Below, piece by piece: positions 37,083 through 45,135 of a stretch of 64,000 nucleotides of DNA. Numbering within the stretch: position 1 is the first letter of the stretch; every line of letters begins with the position of its first letter. The stretch comes from Chitinophagales bacterium. GTDB lineage: Bacteria > Bacteroidota > Bacteroidia > Chitinophagales > CAIODY01. Position numbers and translations under genes: made by a program. The DNA lies in NCBI GenBank assembly GCA_947449695.1, contig CANFST010000014.1:1430-65429 (forward strand), written 5' to 3'. The notes below the pieces were generated by a model. It did not search any database, was not told the origin of the DNA, and was given only the letters and a program-made list of their open reading frames with translations.

Positions 37083-38399
37083 ATGAAATTGAAAGTTTTA
37101 AAATTTGGTGGAACATCGGTGGGGAGTGCATTACGGATGCACAAGTTGGTTGAACTCATTAATAATGATGAGCCAAAAATTGTGGTGCTTTCTGCGATGT
37201 CAGGCACAACGAATGCTTTGGTTGAAATTTCCAACGCTTATCACAAAAAAGATTTTTCAAGAGCGAATGATTTGATTACAACTTTTGAAAACAATTATAA
37301 AAATGTCATCAAAGAATTATTTGGAACAGAAATTTCATTGAGCAAAGCAGAAAAGTTTTTACAAGAAAAATTTGACCTATTAAATTCATTTTCAAAAAAA
37401 GAATTTTCAACTGGTGATGAATGCTGCATTTTGGCACAAGGCGAATTAATTTCCACTGCGCTGTTTCATTATTATTTAGAAGAAACAAAAATTGAATCAG
37501 TGTTGTTACCTGCTTTAGAATTCATGCGAATTGATGCGAATGAAGAACCCGACATGAAGCAAATTGAAAAATTGATTGCGGAAGAATTGAAAAAATATCC
37601 TTCGCAAAAATTATTTATCACACAAGGTTATATCTGCAAAAATGCAAAAGATGAAATTGATAATTTAAAACGGGGCGGAAGCGATTACACAGCCACAATT
37701 ATAGGCGCAGCAATTGATTCAAGCGAAATTCAAATTTGGACTGACATTGATGGAATGCATAACAATGACCCACGAGTGGTGAAAAACACTCATCCCATTG
37801 CTCAACTTTCATTTAATGAAGCGGCTGAGTTGGCTTATTTCGGTGCAAAAATTTTACACCCAACTTGCATTTTGCCTGCGAAGGATAAAAAAATTCCAGT
37901 TCGATTATTGAACACGATGCAACCCGAAGCGGCCGGAACATTGATTACAGAAGCATCTCAAGGTGATAACATAAAAGCTGTTGCGGCAAAAGATGGAATC
38001 ACCGCAATCAAAATCAAATCAGGGAGAATGTTGTTGGCGTATGGTTTTTTGAGTACGGTATTTGAAATTTTCGAACGCAACAAAACTTCGATTGACATGA
38101 TTACAACATCAGAAGTTGCGGTTTCTTTAACGATTGACAACACAAAAAATTTAGAAAAAATTTTAGTGGAATTAAAAGAATTCGGAACAGTTGAAGTGGA
38201 TGAAAATCAAACCATCATCTGCATTGTAGGCGACTTTGAAGCCGATAAACAAGGCTATGCGGTGAAGGTTTTTGATTCGTTGAAAAACATTCCAATCCGT
38301 ATGATTTCGTATGGCGGAAGTGAAAATAATATTTCTATTTTAGTAAATTCTGAATTCAAAAATCAAGCATTGGTTGCTTTAAATGAAGGATTATTTTGA
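37083..38399 (+). CDS. lysC: Aspartate kinase
   Basis: VLKFGGTSVG N-terminus, SAMSGTTNALV, and a C-terminal ACT-like repeat region (IICIVGDF...). Confidence 0.93.
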   Translation: MKLKVLKFGGTSVGSALRMHKLVELINNDEPKIVVLSAMSGTTNALVEISNAYHKKDFSRANDLITTFENNYKNVIKELFGTEISLSKAEKFLQEKFDLLNSFSKKEFSTGDECCILAQGELISTALFHYYLEETKIESVLLPALEFMRIDANEEPDMKQIEKLIAEELKKYPSQKLFITQGYICKNAKDEIDNLKRGGSDYTATIIGAAIDSSEIQIWTDIDGMHNNDPRVVKNTHPIAQLSFNEAAELAYFGAKILHPTCILPAKDKKIPVRLLNTMQPEAAGTLITEASQGDNIKAVAAKDGITAIKIKSGRMLLAYGFLSTVFEIFERNKTSIDMITTSEVAVSLTIDNTKNLEKILVELKEFGTVEVDENQTIICIVGDFEADKQGYAVKVFDSLKNIPIRMISYGGSENNISILVNSEFKNQALVALNEGLF

Positions 38400-39577
38400 G
38401 TAAAATATATTCACATATTACAAAAGTTTTTGAAAAATTGAACATCGAATGTTCGACTGAAAAAAGCGACGAACAAAATATTGCAGTTCAACTTTTTTCA
38501 TACAATAATCCTGATGGAACAATTCGTTGGATTTTTCCTGCAAGTTCCAAAAGCCCATTAATGTTGAAGTTTTATGGAGTGATTGGTTGGAAATCAAAAT
38601 TATTTTCAACGGCAATAAAAATTTTGTTTGCCGTTCGATTTAAAAAATTAATTGCAAAAAGCTGCGAAGAAATTTTTTTTTCGGAAACAGAATTTGAAAA
38701 ATACATAACTCAATTAGGTACTGAATGGGCTTTATTTACTGGCACTCCAGGTAAATTGCGAAAGGCGTTGATTTATGTTTCGAAATCAACAGAAAAATAT
38801 TTTTTGAAAATTCCTTTGACGGAAGCGGCAAAAGAAATTGTAAATCACGAAGCAAAATTCTTAAAACAACTCAACCAATTTAATTTTCACTACACAAAAA
38901 TTCCGAAAGAAAAATTCACAGAAAATTATTTGCAGCAATCTGATTTGAGCGTTGAATGTAACAACAGAAGCGATGTTTGGATTTCAACTCATCAACAATC
39001 ATTGGAAGAAATATTTTCGTTTACGAAAAAGAAAAAGAAAATTTCGGAAACAGATTTTTGGAAAAAAGTGGAACGGAATTTTTCGGAATTAAAAAATCAC
39101 AAATCACATTCCTCAATTTCTGATTGGAATTTGATTCTTGAAAAATTGCTTTTGCTCAAAAATAAAATTGATGCAGAGCAACAAATTTCTTCATCCATAG
39201 CCCACACAGATTTAACACCGTGGAATTGTTTTTGCGATAATAAAAAATTATACATTTACGATTGGGAGCTGGCAGTGCTTGATGCACCTGCATTGTACGA
39301 CTTCTTTCATTTTCATTTACAAGGAAACTGTTTGTTGGGCAATCAACCTTATGAAATGATAAATCAAAAATTGCAAACCACAATTCAGCAAAAATCAATT
39401 CAACATTTCGTTGCTGATAATTCGATTAACATGGCTTTGCATTTGAAATTATATTTGTTGTATCATGTGAGTACATCCTTGTGTTGGTATGCGGTGCAAC
39501 CCAATTTGCATTTGCAAGTGCATTGGTTGATGAAACTCTGGAATGATTATTTAGACGAAATTTTACATAGCAATTGA
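38396..39577 (+). CDS. ePK-like/APH-type phosphotransferase of unknown substrate
   Basis: YFLKIP (beta3 Lys), HTDLTPWN (HxDxxxxN catalytic loop) and IYDWE (metal-binding Asp). The TTG start overlaps the lysC TGA (TTGA). About 100 aa at the N-terminus are unassigned. Confidence 0.65.
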   Translation: MSKIYSHITKVFEKLNIECSTEKSDEQNIAVQLFSYNNPDGTIRWIFPASSKSPLMLKFYGVIGWKSKLFSTAIKILFAVRFKKLIAKSCEEIFFSETEFEKYITQLGTEWALFTGTPGKLRKALIYVSKSTEKYFLKIPLTEAAKEIVNHEAKFLKQLNQFNFHYTKIPKEKFTENYLQQSDLSVECNNRSDVWISTHQQSLEEIFSFTKKKKKISETDFWKKVERNFSELKNHKSHSSISDWNLILEKLLLLKNKIDAEQQISSSIAHTDLTPWNCFCDNKKLYIYDWELAVLDAPALYDFFHFHLQGNCLLGNQPYEMINQKLQTTIQQKSIQHFVADNSINMALHLKLYLLYHVSTSLCWYAVQPNLHLQVHWLMKLWNDYLDEILHSN

Positions 39578-40872
39578 GAAAAGAATTTTTAAATACCGTT
39601 CAAAATGTTTTAGCCAACTACACTTATGCTGTGGTAAAGCCATCGGCTGCAAACCTTGATGAATGGAGCGAATTCAGCGATATTGACATAGTAATTGATG
39701 AACCTTCGGCGATAAAAATTTGGGAGCAATTAGAGAAAAATGAATCGGTAAAAAAAGTGAGAGCGGCTGATAAATCATTCATGTTTCAGCTCTATTTCAT
39801 TTTGAAAGATGATTCGATTGTTGCTATTGATTTTATTTTTCAGCACAAACATTTGCGTAAGCATTTAATGACTTTAGAAGAAATGCTACATCATAGAAAG
39901 CAGACTGAAAGAGGTTTGTGGGTGATGGATGAAATGGTAGAGTTTGAATTTATCTGGTTATTTTATATGCTAAACAAAAGCGAATTGCCAGAAAAGTATA
40001 TTCAACAATTTAATGCCTTCAATGATGATTTGAAATACAATATCATTCAACAATTGAAAGCTAAATATGAAACTGTTGTAGTGAAATTTGAAGAGTTATT
40101 TGCATTGCAAAATTTCAGAAAAATTGTTCTGAAAAACATTTTTAAAAAGCCTAAAAACAGAGGATTGAAAAGACTTTCAAACCGAATTGATTATTATTTG
40201 GATTTAGGAAATGAATTCTTTTTAGCCGATGGTTTGATGATTACTTTTTCGGGCGTTGATGGCGCTGGAAAGTCAACAGTGATTGAAAATTTAAAACACA
40301 AAATCGACAAACAATTAAGAAGAAGAGTGGTAGTGATTCGTCATCGTCCATCTGTGCTGCCGATTATTAATGCCTGGTTTGTAGGTAAAAAAAAGGCGGA
40401 AGAGTTAACTGTTCAAAAATTACCTCGACAAGGGGAAAACAAAAACACCATTTCTTCTTTCATTCGTTTCGTTTACTATTTTATAGATTATTTCTTTGGA
40501 CAGTTTTGGGTTGAATTGATTTATGTCAGCCGGGGTTACATTGTGTTGTACGACCGTTATTATTTTGATTTTATCAACGACAGCAAACGCAGTAATATTC
40601 AGCTATCCAAAGGTTTTACAAAATGGTTTTACAAATTTTTGATTAAACCCGATTTGAATTATTTCTTAACAGCTCCTGCAGATGAAATTTTAAAACGCAA
40701 GCAAGAATTATCTGCTGAAACGATTAATGAATTGACAAGCGAATACAAAATTTTGTTTGGTGAATTGCAATCAAAAACATCTAAAGTAAAATATGAAATC
40801 GTGAATAACATTGTGTTAGAAGAAACAATTGAAAATATTTTCCAAGAAGTAAAACATAAAACGTTGGATTAG
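39574..40872 (+). CDS. Fusion protein: nucleotidyltransferase-like N-domain plus thymidylate-kinase-like P-loop C-domain
   Basis: N-terminal SDIDIVI ... VAIDFIF resembles the acidic triad of Pol-beta-type NTases. The C-terminal part has FSGVDGAGKST (Walker A) and YDRYYFD (a TMPK-like DR motif). The TTG start overlaps the upstream TGA (TTGA). Confidence 0.55.
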   Translation: MRKEFLNTVQNVLANYTYAVVKPSAANLDEWSEFSDIDIVIDEPSAIKIWEQLEKNESVKKVRAADKSFMFQLYFILKDDSIVAIDFIFQHKHLRKHLMTLEEMLHHRKQTERGLWVMDEMVEFEFIWLFYMLNKSELPEKYIQQFNAFNDDLKYNIIQQLKAKYETVVVKFEELFALQNFRKIVLKNIFKKPKNRGLKRLSNRIDYYLDLGNEFFLADGLMITFSGVDGAGKSTVIENLKHKIDKQLRRRVVVIRHRPSVLPIINAWFVGKKKAEELTVQKLPRQGENKNTISSFIRFVYYFIDYFFGQFWVELIYVSRGYIVLYDRYYFDFINDSKRSNIQLSKGFTKWFYKFLIKPDLNYFLTAPADEILKRKQELSAETINELTSEYKILFGELQSKTSKVKYEIVNNIVLEETIENIFQEVKHKTLD

Positions 40873-40878
40873 CCACGA

Positions 40879-41568
40879 ATGAAATCAATCATCGAAAAAA
40901 TATTACGGCTCCGAAATCCAAACTTTTCCTTTCATGAAAAAGTAGATGGAAGAATGTTGACGAATTTGCTATATTCCTTATTTATTGGGCATTTGCGGAG
41001 CTATAAATTTTTATTGAAAGGTTCAATGCCATCGCAATCAGCAATTGGAAAAAGATGCAAAACACAATATCAACACAAAATAAAATGGGGAAAAAAATTA
41101 AAACTGGGCAATGATGTATTGTTGAGTGCATTAGGAACTGAAGGAATTATTTTAGGCGATAACATTGGCATTGGTTCTTATAGTTGTATAGTTGTTTCAA
41201 CCACTTTCAACAATTTGGGTTCGTTTATAAAAATTGGGAACAACGTGGGAATGGGCGAATTTACTTACTTGGGCGGAGCAGGTGGTTTGGAAATCGGCGA
41301 TGATTGCATCATTGGTGAATATTTAAGTTGTCATCCTGAAAATCATAATTATGCGGATTTAGAAACGCCAATTCGATTGCAAGGTGTGAACAGAAAAGGA
41401 ATCAAAATTGGAAAAAACTGTTGGATTGGAAGTAAAGTAACAATTTTGGATGGTGTCGAAATCGGCAATGGGTGCATATTAGCGGCTGGTACTGTGGTTA
41501 CAAAAAGTTTCCCACCGAATTCTATCATTGGTGGTGTGCCAGCAAAATTGATAAAAGAAAGAAAATAA
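40879..41568 (+). CDS. Hexapeptide-repeat (LbH) acyltransferase
   Basis: IGDNIGIGSYS, IGNNVGMGEF, IGDDCIIGEY, IGKNCWIGSKVTILDGVEIGNGCILAAGTVV and C-terminal GGVPAKLI. Confidence 0.85.
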   Translation: MKSIIEKILRLRNPNFSFHEKVDGRMLTNLLYSLFIGHLRSYKFLLKGSMPSQSAIGKRCKTQYQHKIKWGKKLKLGNDVLLSALGTEGIILGDNIGIGSYSCIVVSTTFNNLGSFIKIGNNVGMGEFTYLGGAGGLEIGDDCIIGEYLSCHPENHNYADLETPIRLQGVNRKGIKIGKNCWIGSKVTILDGVEIGNGCILAAGTVVTKSFPPNSIIGGVPAKLIKERK

Positions 41569-41574
41569 ATTCCT

Positions 41575-42804
41575 TTGAAAACCATCCTCATCGCTGCTTA
41601 TGCCATCAATCCTTATCAAGGCTCGGAAGACGCCATGGGATGGAATTTTGTGATGCAAGCCGCACGTTTTCAAAATGTGATTGCTGTTACTCGAAAAAAT
41701 AATCGAGCCGATATTGAAAAATTTATCGCTGAAAATCCTTCACTTAAAAGCCAAACTGACCGCATTCGATTTTTGTATTACGATTGGAATAAAGCTTTGC
41801 TGTATTGGAAGAAAGGACCGATTTTAAGTTTGATTTATTTTTATTTCTGGTCATTTTGTGTTGCCCTTTTTTTGAAAAGGGAAAAATTAAATTTTGATAT
41901 TGCCCATCACTTAAATTTTCATAACGACTGGACACCAACTTTTTTGTGGCTGCTCGGAAAGCCTTTTGTATGGGGACCTGTAGGGCATCATCCCAAAATC
42001 AAAAATATTTTTTTAAGTGAGTATGATTTTTCAGCAAAAGCACTAGATAGATTTTTATGGATACTGAAAAATATTTTTTGGAAGTTAGACCCGTTCTTAA
42101 AAATTGCTCGAAACAAAGCTGCTTGCATTTGGTATATGCATCATGGTTCGGTTGAAAAATTAAAACCGAAAAATAATTTTTTTATCTCACCATCTATCGC
42201 TGCGGAAGAAGTTGATTTCAAATGCAAACAATCAGATGACTTTGTAATCCTCTCCATTGGAAGGTTTGTGGCTTTGAAAGGATTTGATGTTACTATAAAA
42301 TCATTTGCAAAATTCTATCACAATCTTTCATCTGAAGAAAAATTAAAAACAAAATTGGTGATTGTGGGCACTGGAAAATACAAATTAAAAGTGCGGCAAT
42401 GGATTGCAGAAAATAATATTGAAAATGCCGTAGAAGTGCATGAATGGATGCCTCGAGAGCAGTTGAAAAATATTTACAAGCAAGCGGCTTTGTTCTTTTT
42501 TCCTTCACACGAAGGTGCAGGCATGGTGGTAGCAGAAGCGATGAGTGCTGATATGCCTGTGTTGTGTTGGAATAATTTCGGGCCTGGCGAAATCACACAT
42601 CCTGATTCAAAATTGAAAGTTGATTATCCAGAAAATTATCAAACAGGAATTGATGCTTTCGCAGAAAAATTGCATCAAATTTTTTCTGACAAAAATTTTT
42701 ATCAAGCCGAACAAATACTTGCACATCAACGCTTTCAAAGTTTATTGAAATGGAATGTGAGAGGTGAGCAGTTGAAGGAGATGTATGAGAGTGTTAATAA
42801 ATGA
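41575..42804 (+). CDS. GT4-family glycosyltransferase
   Basis: FPSHEGAGMVVAEAMSADMPVL (E-x7-E). The TTG start lies 6 nt after the upstream stop. The nearest in-frame ATG would remove the conserved N-terminus. Confidence 0.8.
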   Translation: MKTILIAAYAINPYQGSEDAMGWNFVMQAARFQNVIAVTRKNNRADIEKFIAENPSLKSQTDRIRFLYYDWNKALLYWKKGPILSLIYFYFWSFCVALFLKREKLNFDIAHHLNFHNDWTPTFLWLLGKPFVWGPVGHHPKIKNIFLSEYDFSAKALDRFLWILKNIFWKLDPFLKIARNKAACIWYMHHGSVEKLKPKNNFFISPSIAAEEVDFKCKQSDDFVILSIGRFVALKGFDVTIKSFAKFYHNLSSEEKLKTKLVIVGTGKYKLKVRQWIAENNIENAVEVHEWMPREQLKNIYKQAALFFFPSHEGAGMVVAEAMSADMPVLCWNNFGPGEITHPDSKLKVDYPENYQTGIDAFAEKLHQIFSDKNFYQAEQILAHQRFQSLLKWNVRGEQLKEMYESVNK

Positions 42805-42954
42805 TTTCAATTTTTAGTGCCAAAATTCCACTTCATGTAACGTACTGTATTTCTGCATTAACACATTGTTTGCATTTGTCAGCCAATTTAAAATAAACCT
42901 TTGGCGTTAAAACTGCGTCTATGTTATAATTAGTTTAAAAACCAAAAATCATTT

Positions 42955-43176
42955 ATGAAAAAGAAATTTTTATTACTCGTTATTTTAATTGGGTTTGTGG
43001 CTATAGGTTCAGTTAATGCTCAAAATCAAAAGCCAGCACAAGCACCGCAAAGTCAAGTAGACAAAAGAGATCAAAAGGATATGGATAAAACATTTAAAGA
43101 TCGCAAAAAAGGAGGTCATCATAAACACCATAAAAGTCATCACGGACATCAGGGTGGGAATCAAGCACCTCACTAA
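42955..43176 (+). CDS. Small secreted histidine-rich protein
   Basis: 73 aa with signal peptide MKKKFLLLVILIGFVAIGSVNAQ. The C-terminal segment GGHHKHHKSHHGHQGG has 8 His in 16 residues. Confidence 0.5.
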   Translation: MKKKFLLLVILIGFVAIGSVNAQNQKPAQAPQSQVDKRDQKDMDKTFKDRKKGGHHKHHKSHHGHQGGNQAPH

Positions 43177-43241
43177 GAAATATATTGCTGTTTAGTTACA
43201 GCTTAAATTAAGAGGATTGGGTTTTTAGGTTTTATTTTAAG

Positions 43242-43286
43242 GCAAGCTCCAGTTTTTTAGGTTTTAACTGGGGCTTTGCTTTTTTT
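43242..43286 (+). terminator. Rho-independent terminator after the His-rich protein gene
   Basis: GCAAGCTCCAGTT / AACTGGGGCTTTGC stem (one bulge, one G-U pair) followed by TTTTTTT. Confidence 0.65.
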
Positions 43287-43396
43287 AGGAATGAGAGATT
43301 CAAAATACCAACAACATCATTTTTCCCAAATAAAAAACGCAGACAAATAATCATTATAATTTTTTCATCTGCATCATTCATGTTTATCTTTTTAAA

Positions 43397-44239
43397 TCAA
43401 TAATCACCCAAAGTTTCTGGTAATTGCGCTAATGCTTTTGCTAATTGTTCGTCATTAGGTGCAACACCATGCCAATTATGGTCATTCGTCATGAAGTCAA
43501 CACCAAAGCCCATAGCGGTTTTCATTAAAATCATTTGCGGCTTACCATCACCAATATTTTGTTTGCAACGCTCCAGAATGTTAACCACATCATTCATGTC
43601 ATTACCATTCATATGAATTACGGTCCAACCAAATGCTTTAAACTTAGCTTCTAAATCGCCGTTTGCCATCACTTTTTCAGTTGGTCCATCAATTTGTTGC
43701 AAATTCCAATCAACAATTGAAATCAAATTATCCAACTTATGATGTGCAGCAAATTGCGCAGCTTCCCAAATTTGTCCTTCTTGCAATTCGCCATCGCCGT
43801 GCAAACTAAAAACCAAATTTTTATCACCATTCATGCGTTTGCTAAAAGCAGCTCCGCAAGCCACACTCAATCCTTGCCCCAATGAGCCAGAGGCAATACG
43901 AATACCAGGTAAATGTTCATGTGTTGTTGGATGCCCTTGTAATCTTGTGTTTAATTTTCTGAAAGTGTTTAATTCTTTTACCGGAAAATAGCCTGCTCGA
44001 GCCAATACACTATACATGACTGGTGATATATGTCCATTACTTAAAAAGAAAATGTCCTCGTTTTTTCCATCCATATTAAAGGATGGATTATGCTCCATTA
44101 TTTTGAAATACAGAGCAGTTAATACGTCGGCGCAACCTAAAGACCCACCTGGATGACCACTTTTTGCACCGTGCACCTGACGTAAAATATCTCGACGAAC
44201 CTGCGTTGCAGTTTTTTCTAGTTGATTAATAGTTATCAT
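43397..44239 (-). CDS. Transketolase, N-terminal (TPP-binding) subunit of a split enzyme
   Basis: 280 aa with SGHPGGSLG and GDGELQEGQIWEA motifs. It stops where the Pyr/C-terminal domains would begin. Confidence 0.88.
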   Translation of the reverse strand: MITINQLEKTATQVRRDILRQVHGAKSGHPGGSLGCADVLTALYFKIMEHNPSFNMDGKNEDIFFLSNGHISPVMYSVLARAGYFPVKELNTFRKLNTRLQGHPTTHEHLPGIRIASGSLGQGLSVACGAAFSKRMNGDKNLVFSLHGDGELQEGQIWEAAQFAAHHKLDNLISIVDWNLQQIDGPTEKVMANGDLEAKFKAFGWTVIHMNGNDMNDVVNILERCKQNIGDGKPQMILMKTAMGFGVDFMTNDHNWHGVAPNDEQLAKALAQLPETLGDY

Positions 44240-44323
44240 TATTTAATGAAAAATTGAAATACAAAAAAACGAATCTATTTGTTAGCAATACATTTTTGTT
44301 TTCAACTTGTTGTGTATTGTTTT

Positions 44324-45067
44324 TTATTTTTTTCTGAAAACAAATGCAGTGGTGTAGTAATCTGCAAATTGTGGTTTACGTTCAATCAGTAAACTCTCTA
44401 TAAAAATCAGAAATGGTAAAGAATTATTGGGCAACCAACTATTCTTTTTCCAAAAATTCATGGTGTAAGCAGGCATACGAATAACATGTTCAACATGTTC
44501 TATTTCAAATCCAAATTGTTCAAATATTTTTTTGTATGAATCAATCGAACGTTTGATATGGCTATCACCTTCTAATAAATCTTGCTGAACTGTTTGTTCG
44601 AGCATAATAAATTTTCCATTCGGTTTTAAAAAAATTTGTAATGTTTTCAAATTTTCTATTAGCAGTTTATCGCTGATTGATGCTAGCACCCAGCAACTAA
44701 TTATTTTATCAAATTTTTGATGCCAATCTTCTCGTTTAACAAACTCAGAAAAAAGTACATATTGAATATTGAAAACTCTTTTTTCTTTAGCAATTTCAAG
44801 CATTTTAGTGGATACATCTACACCAACAATTTTATTCACTTTAGGCGAAAAAAAATTACTCAACCTACCTACGCCAGTCCCAAAATCTAAAATAAAATCA
44901 TTCGCATGGGGCTTTAAAAATTTTGCCATATATTTTTTTAAAGCAAAATCAAACCAAAGATTTCCACGTTTTGAAAATTCATTATCTGATGCATCTAATA
45001 CAGCATGAAAGCTTCCATGCTTTAGTGCTTTATTTTCATAAATCTCTAAAATTTTTTTATCGTCCAT
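44324..45067 (-). CDS. Class I SAM-dependent methyltransferase
   Basis: Motif I ILDFGTGVGRLS. I start at ATG 45067; the track's TTG is 18 nt upstream. Confidence 0.7.
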   Translation of the reverse strand: MDDKKILEIYENKALKHGSFHAVLDASDNEFSKRGNLWFDFALKKYMAKFLKPHANDFILDFGTGVGRLSNFFSPKVNKIVGVDVSTKMLEIAKEKRVFNIQYVLFSEFVKREDWHQKFDKIISCWVLASISDKLLIENLKTLQIFLKPNGKFIMLEQTVQQDLLEGDSHIKRSIDSYKKIFEQFGFEIEHVEHVIRMPAYTMNFWKKNSWLPNNSLPFLIFIESLLIERKPQFADYYTTAFVFRKK

Positions 45068-45135
45068 TTTAATCTTTGATTTCAAAAGTTGAATCTGAAA
45101 CTTTTTTACAAATGTAATTAATGAGATAACAAATA

